A stretch of 64,000 nucleotides of DNA from Candidatus Bathyarchaeota archaeon (GCA_963782525.1 CAWAKC010000010.1:96001-160000), one strand, 5' to 3'; counted from the first letter of the stretch, positions 39,905-50,292 are shown. Made by a program: numbers and translations. The notes: a model not told the origin generated them from the letters alone.

Positions 39905-42900
39905 ACGGCTGTTACGACGCCGTCGTCTTTGCAAACGAGTTTTCTCTCCCGCACCAACCGCTTGAGCACTTCAGAGAACACTGCTTTTGCTTCGTCGCCT
40001 GAATGATTTAAGCCGAAAACCTTGCCAGTTTCAGTGATTAATGAATCTTCACTTATGCCAAGTGCGTACTGCGCTACCCTCGTCATTGCAGATTCTACTT
40101 CTTCGGGTGCAATGTAACTGGGTTTGCGTTTGGATTCTGGAACACCCTGCATCGGAACACGGATAGGCGTCTGTTTTAGTCCAGTTGGCCACAGAAAACT
40201 ACCCCTGATGACAACTTTCTGCTCGCGGATGAGGTTGTTTAGGGCTTCTTTTACGGCATGCGAGATTTTTGGTGTTACCTGCTTTATGCTCCATGACGCC
40301 GCTAACCGTTCAGCCGCGTAGTCAAAGTGGACTGGACCTTCGTTTTGGATTAGTTCAGTTAGAAGTTTGGTTTGGTTTTCTCGGTTTTCTGGGAAATGGA
40401 ATTCGTTTCTTTGTTTGGAATCCATCGTACTTTTGGCGGTGGCAACTTTGATGTAAGGGTTGTATGATGCTTTTAGAGGGTAAACTTTGTAGGGGACACC
40501 AATTTTTTCGATTCCTGCAAATGAGTTTTTTTGCACATCTGTTTTTGGGGCTGCGCCTTCTATGAGGTCAATTATGGGTTTTTGAGCTTCTTTATCAAGT
40601 TGCGTTTTCTGAGCTTGTTCGAGTGTTTCCTTTAGTCTACGGATTTCTGAGTCGCGTCTTGCAACCCAGGCGGGCGACCAGACACGGTACATGCGCCAGC
40701 CAAGCTGCCTAAGGACCTGCTCGCGGAGTCGGTCTCGGTCACGGGTGCTGCTGCTTGATTTGTATGTCGCGCCATCGCATTCCACGCCAAGCAAGAAACA
40801 GCCCTCGTTAACAGGGTCAAGAACTCCAATGTCGATTCTGTAACCGCTGCAGCCTACTTCTGGAACAACCTCGTAACCCATCTTCTTTATCTCTGCTGCT
40901 ACGTCTTCATCTATAGCTGAGTCAAATGTACCTTCTTTGGATTTGGAAGATTGAGTTTCAGGTCCATGCTCGGCATAGTCAAGGTAGGTTCGTAGTGTTT
41001 GTACTCCAAGTGCTTGAGTGTCTTTATCGATGTCAGAGGCTTTAATCGAAGTTATCAAAACGACTTTTTCTCGTGCTCGAGTAATAGCAACGTTCAAGCG
41101 TCGTTCCCCACCTGGCTTGTTCAATGGACCAAAGTTCATTGCCATCTGTCCCTGCTGGTCAAAGCCGTATCCTATGCTGAAGAATATGACATCACGTTCG
41201 TCTCCCTGCACGTTCTCAAGGTTCTTCACGAAAAAGCCTTCTAAACGGTCTTCTTTGAAGAAGGGTTCGAAGTCAGGTTGTTCATTGAGTTTATTTTCAA
41301 TCGCTTCTTCCACTGCGTTCATTTGGGCTATGCTGAATGTGACGACGCCGAGTGTTTTTTTGGGATAGTTTTTGAAGTGTTCGAAGACGAGTCCTGCGAC
41401 TTTTTCGGCTTCTTTGGGATTGTCTCGCTTGCCTCCGCGGTCATAGATGCCGTCGGGTACGTGGACGAGTTTTACGCCCAAGCTGTCTGTTTGGTTCTGG
41501 GCTGATGGGAACGTTATCATGGTGTCGTCGTAGAAGCGGTGGTTTGAGAACGCGATGAGTTCTTCATGCTTACTGCGATAATGCCACCGAAGAGTCTTAA
41601 CAGGTAAGCCGATGCCGAGGCATTCGTCGAGGATGCTGTCGAAGACTTCCACGTCATCATCACTGAGTTCATCCCAGTCTACATTGTCAAGTAGGCTTTT
41701 CTGGAAGAACGAAGTCGGGGGCAACTGTTTGTTGTCGCCTGCAACCACGACGGTTTTTCCACGGTAGATGGCGCCTATGGCGTCTTCGGGAACGAGCTGT
41801 GAGGCTTCGTCGAAGAGAACTAAGTCGAATTTGTTATCTGGCGGAAGGAATTGGCTGACCGATATGGGACTCATCAAGAGGCATGGTTTGAGTTTTACGA
41901 GTAGGTTGGGGATTTTCTGCATTAGGGTGCGGATCGGCATTAAGCGGCGTTTTTTGGCGGCTTCTTTGAGGAGGATGTTGGCTTCGGAGTCGGCTGCTTG
42001 GATCAGGATGTCTTGGGGTTTTCGGCTGTTTGCCTCTTCAATAACCATGCTGGAGGTAAGGTGGATTATGTCTTGGTCGAGTTTTCGGAAGTCAGCAATC
42101 AACTGCTCATGGTTCTCCCTTCGGAACTTACCCAGCTTTTGGTCTTCGTTATAGAGGTTGTTTATCCATTCTTGGTAAACGCTCTTGCGGAAAACATTGC
42201 CCAAGTCAGCTGCAGAAATGCGTTGTTCCACCAAACGGCCAAAGAACTGGTCTAAATTGCGAAGTGCAAAGCGGTTTTTGGCGTCTTTATAGTCAATCCA
42301 AACCTGCACATCGTCCACACGGTCGCGGAGTGCTTGGATTCGTTCGCTTATAACTTTGATTTCTAAAGCTTTTAGCGGCTGGTTTTGATATTTCATTTCA
42401 GTTTCGAACCGTTTGTTAAAATCTGCCAAAACCCTCAGTGAACTGTCTCTTCTCTGGATCAGCTCCGTGTTGGATGGAGCCGCACTTGGTCCCTGAGCAG
42501 CGAGGTCAGCAAAAGCCTGCGGCACAGGAATATCGATGAATGCTGCCTGTACCTTTTTACACCACTCAAGCACAAACACGATTTCTTGCCAGTTTGTTTC
42601 CAGTTCTTGAAAGCGGATTCCGAATTTTTCTTTTAGCTGGACTTTTTCGCCGACGATTTGAGCTTCCTTTTTGCGAATGTCTTCGGAATTTTTAAGGTCT
42701 TGAATTAATTGCCTATAGGTTTGGGGTTCCTGCCTGGCTGTAGTCAGTGTATCTTTGGTAAGCGCGATTAGTGGATTGAGCTTTTTTTCTGTTTCTGCTG
42801 CCCAATCCTCAAGAACTAGCAGCGATGTCTGAGATATAAGTGCATCCGATTTGGGCATTTTTTGCGGAATGAAAGATTCAACTTCTTTGACTTGCTGCTC

Positions 42901-45570
42901 CCATTTACCAACTGACTCCTGCAAATCCAAACCCAAATTTTTAATCATGGGCGAGGGGTTAGAAGTGCTCGTAAGTAGTTTGAGGAGTGCCTCAGGGATT
43001 TGTGTTCCCCAAGAGAGCTTTTTGATTTCTTCGGTTAAGGCGATTGCTTTTTCTGCGCCTTGGAAGTCTGTTCTGGTCTTGCGGTAGTAGTGACCCATCA
43101 GGGTGCGAACGTTTTCGCCTGAATCTTCAATTTTCGCGTGAAGCTTCTTGACTTTGCGAGCATCGACAAGGTCCTGCTGGATTGTTTTTGGGACTTTGCC
43201 GTCGTTTGTTAATCGAGCAATCGTTTTTTGGTCGTTGCGGTAAGTTGAGTTGAAGAGCTTTAAGCCACTCTGATATTCGCCGCTGTAACGTTCGATGCGC
43301 CCATCGAGGTCTAACTCATAGATGCCCTCGCTGTAGATTTCTTCGAGGCGACCCTTTATCTGGTTGTATTCTTGATAGAGCTGCTTGGCTTTCACAATTG
43401 TTTTCTGGACTTGCTCCAGATATTTGCCGTCAAACCATTCTGGTTCGGGTTTGTCCTCTGCAAAACACATCATTGCCATTCGAGAAAGCTGCTTAAGCTG
43501 GGTAATCGTTAAGTCGCTACTGTCTAAACCAAGGAGCGGCGCGAGTGTTTGGGAGGTTTCACGCAACTTACGTGAAGCCAACTGTGTATTCTTGATAAAG
43601 GCTGAGAAGTTTTCAAGTTTGGATAAAAGTTCACTATCTTCTAAATTGACTGCTGGAAGCATCTTGCCTAAAACCGAAACTGCTTGTTGCATTTCGACTG
43701 ACCGATTTAATGCCAAATTTGAGAAGGTCGGGTTATAGCGTTCCATGAGGCTGACTCGGGTAGTCTTTATCCATATGGCTGTTTCTAAGTAGGATTGGGC
43801 CTCGCTTAGCAACTTATCAAGACTTGGGTTTGTTAACCAGTAGGCCTCTGGCTTTGGGCTTTCGGTGAGAAATTTGCTGAGGTCTAGGAGCCATTGTATG
43901 CGAGCAAAAGTTTCTGGGGGAAACACGCCGAGTTTAGCGGAGAAATCCTCAGTTTCTAATTCGAGCCCATGGAGGGTTTCGTTTATGCCTTCGAGTGTGG
44001 TGAGGAGTTCGCTGCGAATTTCAAGGTTGTATTTGTCTGCGCGGTAGCCAAGCCACGGAAAATCTGGTTCCTCGATTACCTGCCAAACCTTACTGAGTTG
44101 TGAGACGAGTTCTTCGAGTTCACGCATCTTCTGCGGTGTTAATGTTCCAATTTCAGTTAACCCAACGGGAACAAAGGGGACTCGTTCAAGGCTGGAGATT
44201 ATGCTTAGAACTTCGTAGACGCTGCGTTGTAGGTATGGTCGTTTTTCATGCAGTGCGGTGACGTAGCCGTTTAAGGCTTCTCGGTACACTGTCATCTGCT
44301 CAAACTCATGAATGGAAGGCAACTTGCGGGGAATAAGGTTCTCGTCAAGGCTGCGTTTGAGTTCCGCTACAACTTGTTGTTTGTTGGCTTTACTACTGTG
44401 GAGTTCAAGGCAGAAATGCGCCAAACCCACCTCGCTGAGACGTTTGTACACGACTTCGAGGGCAGCCATCTTGTCACTTACGAAAAGCACGCTTTTTCCG
44501 TTGGCGATACATTCTGCGATGATGTTTGCGATGGTCTGGCTTTTGCCTGTGCCTGGCGGACCTTTCATTACGAAGCTTTGTCCGCGGAGTGCATATTCGA
44601 TGCTAACGCGTTGGCTGCTGTCTGCATCGAGTACTTGGTAGGTTTTAGCTGGCGCCTCAATCTTGTCAACGTCTTTTTCGTCGGGTAACCCGTTTAGGAT
44701 AAGGTTGTCTTCTTTTATGCCGGCAATCGCCCGTATGATTGGGTGTTGGGTGACTAATGCGGCATTTGACTCCAAATCTTTGTAAATAACAAGTTTCTGG
44801 AAGGAGAACAACCCTAAGTCAATGGATGACTCGGTTTTCCAACTCATTTCAGCGACAGCTTGGTCAACTAATTTAAAGTAATCCGCCAATTCTTGTTCTT
44901 CCCACTCCTCAGGCAGCGGCGGCAACTCGATTTTGTAATCGTTCTTAAGTTTCGCCTGCAATGCGGGGTTGAGGACTGCTTCATCTTCAACCGGCGGCAC
45001 CTCGATGGCGTAGGGTTGACGGATAGTGTCCCTTGTCAACTCTAAAGGAACCAAAATTAATGGGGATTGAACGTTTTCTTTTGTTTCCGAATCAACCCAG
45101 TTCAACGTTCCAAAAGCCGCATGCAATATTCGCACGCCGCGTTCCATGTAATCGAGAAGTGAACGTCCTTGCAAGCTCTTGAGGCTACGTTCCAGTTCCA
45201 AGCGCCCCATGTTGCCGCTGACGAGTTGGTTTGCTGTAGGATATTTAGGTTCCTCAGACGTTGTTGCTGCTTTGACTGGTGCTTTCGTTGTTTTAGCTTT
45301 AGCATCTTTAGCTTTGCCTCTACCCTTAGCCGTTGGGTTCTCGGGAGCTTCGGATTGTGTGGCTACTTCCTGCGGAACAAAAAACTCCATGCGCTTCTTC
45401 TTCAAAACGAGGGTATCAAATATTTTTTGAGCGTCAGGCTGGGTTATCGGCAGGTTTCCGCGTTTGCCCTTCTTGAAATAGAGCAAATTGTTCTTTCTTG
45501 AGAGATCTATTAGTCGTGATTTCCAATCTTCAACACGCTTCATTGGCGAGGAAACAATGGGTTCAGTCAT
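39901..45570 (-). CDS. DUF4011 + SF1 helicase + Vsr-like endonuclease + DUF3320 protein (Hhe-type architecture)
   Basis: WKSRLIDLSRKNNLL, GPPGTGKSQTIANII, LLMSPISVSQFL, FDEASQ, HYRS, NVQGDERD, RRLNVAITRAR, GVECDGATYK...RDRDRLREQVL...GW. Confidence 0.92.
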   Translation of the reverse strand: MTEPIVSSPMKRVEDWKSRLIDLSRKNNLLYFKKGKRGNLPITQPDAQKIFDTLVLKKKRMEFFVPQEVATQSEAPENPTAKGRGKAKDAKAKTTKAPVKAATTSEEPKYPTANQLVSGNMGRLELERSLKSLQGRSLLDYMERGVRILHAAFGTLNWVDSETKENVQSPLILVPLELTRDTIRQPYAIEVPPVEDEAVLNPALQAKLKNDYKIELPPLPEEWEEQELADYFKLVDQAVAEMSWKTESSIDLGLFSFQKLVIYKDLESNAALVTQHPIIRAIAGIKEDNLILNGLPDEKDVDKIEAPAKTYQVLDADSSQRVSIEYALRGQSFVMKGPPGTGKSQTIANIIAECIANGKSVLFVSDKMAALEVVYKRLSEVGLAHFCLELHSSKANKQQVVAELKRSLDENLIPRKLPSIHEFEQMTVYREALNGYVTALHEKRPYLQRSVYEVLSIISSLERVPFVPVGLTEIGTLTPQKMRELEELVSQLSKVWQVIEEPDFPWLGYRADKYNLEIRSELLTTLEGINETLHGLELETEDFSAKLGVFPPETFARIQWLLDLSKFLTESPKPEAYWLTNPSLDKLLSEAQSYLETAIWIKTTRVSLMERYNPTFSNLALNRSVEMQQAVSVLGKMLPAVNLEDSELLSKLENFSAFIKNTQLASRKLRETSQTLAPLLGLDSSDLTITQLKQLSRMAMMCFAEDKPEPEWFDGKYLEQVQKTIVKAKQLYQEYNQIKGRLEEIYSEGIYELDLDGRIERYSGEYQSGLKLFNSTYRNDQKTIARLTNDGKVPKTIQQDLVDARKVKKLHAKIEDSGENVRTLMGHYYRKTRTDFQGAEKAIALTEEIKKLSWGTQIPEALLKLLTSTSNPSPMIKNLGLDLQESVGKWEQQVKEVESFIPQKMPKSDALISQTSLLVLEDWAAETEKKLNPLIALTKDTLTTARQEPQTYRQLIQDLKNSEDIRKKEAQIVGEKVQLKEKFGIRFQELETNWQEIVFVLEWCKKVQAAFIDIPVPQAFADLAAQGPSAAPSNTELIQRRDSSLRVLADFNKRFETEMKYQNQPLKALEIKVISERIQALRDRVDDVQVWIDYKDAKNRFALRNLDQFFGRLVEQRISAADLGNVFRKSVYQEWINNLYNEDQKLGKFRRENHEQLIADFRKLDQDIIHLTSSMVIEEANSRKPQDILIQAADSEANILLKEAAKKRRLMPIRTLMQKIPNLLVKLKPCLLMSPISVSQFLPPDNKFDLVLFDEASQLVPEDAIGAIYRGKTVVVAGDNKQLPPTSFFQKSLLDNVDWDELSDDDVEVFDSILDECLGIGLPVKTLRWHYRSKHEELIAFSNHRFYDDTMITFPSAQNQTDSLGVKLVHVPDGIYDRGGKRDNPKEAEKVAGLVFEHFKNYPKKTLGVVTFSIAQMNAVEEAIENKLNEQPDFEPFFKEDRLEGFFVKNLENVQGDERDVIFFSIGYGFDQQGQMAMNFGPLNKPGGERRLNVAITRAREKVVLITSIKASDIDKDTQALGVQTLRTYLDYAEHGPETQSSKSKEGTFDSAIDEDVAAEIKKMGYEVVPEVGCSGYRIDIGVLDPVNEGCFLLGVECDGATYKSSSSTRDRDRLREQVLRQLGWRMYRVWSPAWVARRDSEIRRLKETLEQAQKTQLDKEAQKPIIDLIEGAAPKTDVQKNSFAGIEKIGVPYKVYPLKASYNPYIKVATAKSTMDSKQRNEFHFPENRENQTKLLTELIQNEGPVHFDYAAERLAASWSIKQVTPKISHAVKEALNNLIREQKVVIRGSFLWPTGLKQTPIRVPMQGVPESKRKPSYIAPEEVESAMTRVAQYALGISEDSLITETGKVFGLNHSGDEAKAVFSEVLKRLVRERKLVCKDDGVVTAV

Positions 45571-45689
45571 TTAAGGCACATCCACTCGAGTACAAGTTAG
45601 CACTATTGTATGTATGATTCTTTAATACTTACGGTAGTTTCATGTGGGCTCAAACAATCAGTCAGTGAACTTTTTGGGTGCTAAAAGAG

Positions 45690-46310
45690 TCAGTTGATAC
45701 CATTTGCATGGTCGATTGCATCCAAAATTACTCGTTTAACATTGTCTAAGCCTATTTTTCTTGTTTCAAGGATTGAGAGGTTCATTCCTGACTCTCTGAT
45801 GTCTTTTACACATTTTTCTGCGTCCCCACAGGTGTCAAGGAGCACGATACCTTTGATGCCGTTGAACATATTTGCGAACGCTGCTTCATCTACGCCTTCT
45901 TTTAACATCGCTTCTTTTGAGTGTCTGAAGAACCCAACAATTCCCGGACCCATAAACATCAAGTTATGCTCTGGATCAGCTTCGAAAAATTTGCCTTTGC
46001 CGCCGAGTTGGCAATCGATGCAGTTTACCGCATCAACCTTGGCAATGCCGTATTCTTCAGCTAGCTTCTTCATCTCGTTATGCTGACCGAGGCATAAGTC
46101 GCCGTAGACCAGCACTATTTTACCGTTGAATCTTTTTTGGGTTTCTTCTAGAACTTTTCGCACATTTTTCACTACTGCGGCATAGTCAATGTGGAAAAAT
46201 TTGCTTACGAAAATCGCTTCAGCGTCAAGGTTACCCTGTTTAATTAATTGCTGGATTTCTTCTTTTAAGACACTGCAGGCTACTAGACAAATCTTCGATT
46301 TTTCCTTCAA
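45690..46310 (-). CDS. DUF1638-family protein
   Basis: VACSVLKEEI, LVYGDLC, AVNCIDCQLGG. Confidence 0.8.
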   Translation of the reverse strand: MKEKSKICLVACSVLKEEIQQLIKQGNLDAEAIFVSKFFHIDYAAVVKNVRKVLEETQKRFNGKIVLVYGDLCLGQHNEMKKLAEEYGIAKVDAVNCIDCQLGGKGKFFEADPEHNLMFMGPGIVGFFRHSKEAMLKEGVDEAAFANMFNGIKGIVLLDTCGDAEKCVKDIRESGMNLSILETRKIGLDNVKRVILDAIDHANGIN

Positions 46311-46914
46311 ATCTCTCGCTTCAAGTCAACCGTAGGGTACATTAGCAATAAAGTTTTTTCTAAAGGAAACAAAAATTGAATACAACATTTTAGCAAAACA
46401 GCATTTGGATTGATTTATAATCTGTAAAATTTATATTAAGTGAGCAAGGCACTACCCTGAATGTGAGACTTTAAAAGGCGGTTGGGACGCATTTCCCTCT
46501 CTTCCTAAAAACTGAGGTTTATTTTCCAGCCATTGAGTAGGGCTCACTAAGTCTTCCTCAATTGTTTTCAATAAAATTAGGGTTTGAAGCAGTACCTCGT
46601 TCTCCAACTGCCAACAAACCCTTTCTCCCGCACACAACTTCCTCTTTTTTCTCTTTGGGAAAAAAGGCGGTTCCTAACTTCAATAAAATCAAGCATCTTG
46701 AGATCCAGGTTTCTGCTCACAATTGGAATATCGAAAAGTTGATGACAACTTTGATATTAGTTTTCAATTTGGAGAAGGACGAAAAGATCCATTCCATTCA
46801 AGATTCGGGAGAGTCCAAGTATGTTTCTTAATGGTTTTTTGGATGTCAATTCTTTTTGTAGTTGATAGTTCCTAATGTTGATGAGTACATTGAGGTTGAG
46901 AAGATTGTTTTAGT

Positions 46915-47110
46915 TTGGCTTTAACTGAACGCGAGAAGCAAATTTTACGCTTAAAAAAAAGACAAAATGTCAGATTACCAGATTGCCCGAAAACTCAGAG
47001 TAGATGCTGGAAACGTTACTCGTTCAAGGTTAACTGCCTTGCGCAAGATCGAGCGAGCTCAAGCTGATTTGGATTTTGTACTCCAAGTAGGCATGAAGAT
47101 TAAAGTTTAA
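46915..47110 (+). pseudogene. Tfx/sigma-70-region-4-like HTH protein frameshifted in an A8 run
   Basis: MALTEREKQILRLKK / DKMSDYQIARKLRVDAGNVTRSRLTALRKIERAQADLDFVLQVGMKIKV; the frame is broken at 46953-46960. Confidence 0.7.
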
Positions 47111-47280
47111 TTTTTGACTGTTTTTGGTTTTCCATTTTTGTCCAGTTCAGGAATTATTCTGCAAATACCTCTGAACGCATATCGTTTAACTCTTTTTGGA
47201 TCATTTCTTGTTCCTATGTTGCTTTTCTAATCCATTAATGAATCCGACAAGAAGTATTTCTGTCTGTAATCATCTCAATT

Positions 47281-48456
47281 TTACCCTTGTAGTCTCAGGG
47301 CTTCGATGAATTTGAACGCTTGTTCTATGATGAAGTCTGCTTCTTTGTTGTCCACCTTATTTGTTAGACTCCAGTGGTCAATTTTGCACCGAAACGAATA
47401 CAAGTCTCCCGCGTTGTGGAAAGCACCTAACGAGATGTCAAATTCTCTATTTTCGTGGTTTCTAATTTCTTGCCTTACTTGCATAAGTAGGTCATTGAAT
47501 TCCCTTTTTGGCTTAACACCAAAAGTCTCAAGCTTTTTCTTCATAGCTATTTCAACTAGGTTCAAGGGCACTGAAACTGAAATCCAGTTGTCATCAATCC
47601 CCAAGAATTCAAAAGTTTTTATAATTTGTCTAATTCGGGATTCATTGAAGCCCTTCAACTGTTGCGTAGCGTTTATCAGGGAAGTTTCAAGTTCTTCAAC
47701 GTGTTTTTTTGTTTTGTTGAGTTCATCATTAATAGTGTAATTTATGGTTTCAACTCGATCGTTTTCTTCTTTAAGCTGGGTTAAATGAAAAAGAAGCTGA
47801 GACGTCATATTTTTGAGGATAACGTTTGGAAGGGAATCAAATGCTTTCTTCGTAGGACGCACTTGACCATCCAAAAATCCTTTAGCTTGTAGCTTTTTGA
47901 CACCCTCCGAATGGTATCGATAAAGCGTTCCTGTAGAGAATCCCTTTTCGTAAAAACCTGGCAACACAGTTGAGTAGCTTTTATGTGGATAGACAATTGC
48001 CATTTCAAGAGCAATTTGTTCGTTGTTATCAAGTTGTTCATAAGTTGTAGAAAGATTGTTAACTTGCTGATTGGTTTGACCGTGTTTTTCGGCTTTTTTG
48101 ATTTCAGGGGGAGTGGGTGGTTTCGATGTAATGAATAAGTCAGTTACCAATTCATGTTCAATACCTGAAACAGCCATTGTTTCGTTAGATATTCCTTCTC
48201 CAGCCACTATATTATCGATTATTGGGATTTTGAATTCAGTGATTTTTTCTAAGGTCTTAAAAACTTGGACTTCTCGTATTATATCTCGTTGAGGATTTAT
48301 CCATTTTCCTATAATGGAAAATTCCTTTCCGTTTAAGCATGGTTTTACTATTGAATTTTTCAGAAATTTTTCTTGATAATTGTAACCCATTATGCTTTTG
48401 TTTTCATTGCCAAAATTGGGCGAATACCTTAATCCAATGTGGTAATAGTTAACCAT
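47281..48456 (-). CDS. Putative defence effector with coiled coil and C-terminal HEPN-like domain
   Basis: RCKIDH (Rx4H) near the C-terminus; central coiled coil; AT-rich; N-terminal YYH...VTDLFIT domain. Confidence 0.6.
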   Translation of the reverse strand: MVNYYHIGLRYSPNFGNENKSIMGYNYQEKFLKNSIVKPCLNGKEFSIIGKWINPQRDIIREVQVFKTLEKITEFKIPIIDNIVAGEGISNETMAVSGIEHELVTDLFITSKPPTPPEIKKAEKHGQTNQQVNNLSTTYEQLDNNEQIALEMAIVYPHKSYSTVLPGFYEKGFSTGTLYRYHSEGVKKLQAKGFLDGQVRPTKKAFDSLPNVILKNMTSQLLFHLTQLKEENDRVETINYTINDELNKTKKHVEELETSLINATQQLKGFNESRIRQIIKTFEFLGIDDNWISVSVPLNLVEIAMKKKLETFGVKPKREFNDLLMQVRQEIRNHENREFDISLGAFHNAGDLYSFRCKIDHWSLTNKVDNKEADFIIEQAFKFIEALRLQG

Positions 48457-48620
48457 CGCAATCGGTTCAGTCTTGCGCCTTTTTATTATTTAAGCCTTGG
48501 GAAGACTGCTATTTCGCTATCTTTTTCAGTAAAATCACAGAAGGACATTCCTAACATCCCAGTCAACTCGGTGTCAAATCCCATTATTGCAAGACTTTAG
48601 AATTCTACCTATCACGATGT

Positions 48621-48685
48621 AAGATTGAGCGAGCTCAGGCAGATTTGGACTTTGTCTTCAAGGTGGCGTGAAGATTAAGGCTTAA
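48621..48685 (+). repeat. Duplicate of the 3' end of the Tfx-like gene (47045-47110)
   Basis: AAGATTGAGCGAGCTCAGGCAGATTTGGACTTTG...GAAGATTAAGGCTTAA versus AAGATCGAGCGAGCTCAAGCTGATTTGGATTTTG...GAAGATTAAAGTTTAA. Confidence 0.85.
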
Positions 48686-48823
48686 CTGATTATGCTTTTT
48701 CTAAATGGTTTTTTAATAGAAGGTGGCAGCGGTAAATTAGTCATTGATTTTCCCCAAAACTCATTATATTGAATGAAATTTAAAGTCTTTGCATTACTTA
48801 AGTTTCTGAAAATATTGAGGTTG

Positions 48824-49435
48824 TCAGCAGGGTATATTTAGGAAATCTCGAAGTGCTGGAATCAGTGCATTTGTATAATCCAAAAGTTTTCCATGTTCAA
48901 GCATCATATTTTTCGTCCTTTTGTCAGGCTCTCCACTAAATATTTTAAAAACTCCATCTTCATCAATAATGAAGTTAAAATGAGCAATCGTATTCCTTAG
49001 TTCTCTCAATTCTCTCAGGGTAATGTATTTTGTTTCATCAAAAGTTTTAAATTTTTTTTCTGCTAAGAATTTGCATTTATATTTGAAATCAGTGATATCA
49101 TTTTTGTGGCTCCGATTATTTTCAATTACCTCAAAAGATAAAGCCTTTTTATCAGGGTCATTTGCAACGAATAAAAAAAGAACCAAGTTAACACAAAATC
49201 CGAACCTTCCTTCATAATCTAAAAGATATAATGCTGACCAGATTAACGTCCTTTCACGAGACTCACAATCAATTGGAAAAATTTTGGCGTAATTAACAGT
49301 TTGTATTTTTTCTAAAAAACTTTTCATTAACTTTTGACTTTCGTTAAGTCTGGGTTCAGGTATATTTTTTAAATATTGTTTTATTTCATTTCTGAATTGC
49401 TGTTCAATAATGTCATCTGTATTCAAAATATACAA
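48824..49435 (-). CDS. HEPN-motif protein (putative RNase toxin/abortive-infection effector)
   Basis: ELRELRNTIAHFNF (Rx4H); helical, very AT-rich gene. Confidence 0.65.
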   Translation of the reverse strand: MYILNTDDIIEQQFRNEIKQYLKNIPEPRLNESQKLMKSFLEKIQTVNYAKIFPIDCESRERTLIWSALYLLDYEGRFGFCVNLVLFLFVANDPDKKALSFEVIENNRSHKNDITDFKYKCKFLAEKKFKTFDETKYITLRELRELRNTIAHFNFIIDEDGVFKIFSGEPDKRTKNMMLEHGKLLDYTNALIPALRDFLNIPC

Positions 49436-49526
49436 ATTCTTTTCTCACTATTAGGGTATTTCCATCTTTATAGTTTTAAGGTTTTGCAAATAGCACAAAA
49501 ACTTAAATTAGAAAAAAATTATTAGA

Positions 49527-49880
49527 ATGCTTCGAGGAAGTAGTTTGACTATTAAAATAGAATTATCAGTAAGTCAATTAATTAGTGTAATTCTAACAAT
49601 TATAGGTGTGTGTTTTATTTTATACTTCTTCGTACTTCTTAACGCGAGACTAAGTGTAGTTGATTTTCAGCATCCAATCTATGGATGGACAGAAATTCAA
49701 GAAGCCATTCCTTTTAGTGCAATTGCCATATTTTTTGGGCTGTTACTCATTTTTGTTGGACTGATTCTGAACATCGGAGTACTTATCAGAAAAAGTCGCA
49801 CTTCTCTCCCTACACCATCTTTAGCTACTCTGAATATTTCAAGCCATGACAGTTTTAGGTCTTCCATTCTATATATTTGA
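49527..49880 (+). CDS. Small two-TM membrane protein
   Basis: Two long hydrophobic segments. Confidence 0.5.
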   Translation: MLRGSSLTIKIELSVSQLISVILTIIGVCFILYFFVLLNARLSVVDFQHPIYGWTEIQEAIPFSAIAIFFGLLLIFVGLILNIGVLIRKSRTSLPTPSLATLNISSHDSFRSSILYI

Positions 49881-49954
49881 GGCTTACTTGGTCTGTATAC
49901 TGTAGTGTTTGCGATAATAAGCCATTAGTGTAGTTTGTTCTTATCTACTTGAGC

Positions 49955-50216
49955 ATGTCTTGTGTTGGCTGCCGGCATGCTGATTTCGAGAAGATTCACG
50001 CGGCTTTTTGTCACATTATAGCAAGGATCCTGAGCTTGGCGAGTCCCGTTATGCTGAGTGGGTAGCGTTTTCTGGCCTGGATGAAACTCAAAGTTATTAT
50101 CTTCAGGGTGCTGCTCGGGCAAACAAGTCTAAGCAGAGTTTTGAATGGGCTAATTTTCTCTTGCAGTTCGTCAAGAAAACATGGATGTCATATACTACCA
50201 GGTGGAAGCTTTGTAA
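49955..50216 (+). pseudogene. Frameshifted remnant, possibly the N-terminus of a proviral head (protease/scaffold) gene
   Basis: MSCVGCRHADFEKIHAAF / LSHYSKDPELGESRYAEWV...LDETQSYY...SFEWANFLLQFVK / MDVIYYQVEAL across two frameshifts. Confidence 0.4.
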
Positions 50217-50292
50217 ATGTAAAGAGACAATTCAGGCAAAGGTGTAATAAAGGTATTCAACACTAAGACTGTGAAAGTACAAGTGAAAAAAC

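Noticed and set aside
46452-46831. 61-aa and 89-aa ORFs spanning the left att site
   Set aside because: They cross the element junction and have no recognisable motifs, so they are probably spurious.
48560-48590. tRNA-like fragment (GGTGTCAAATCCC)
   Set aside because: No cloverleaf or canonical T-loop GTTC.
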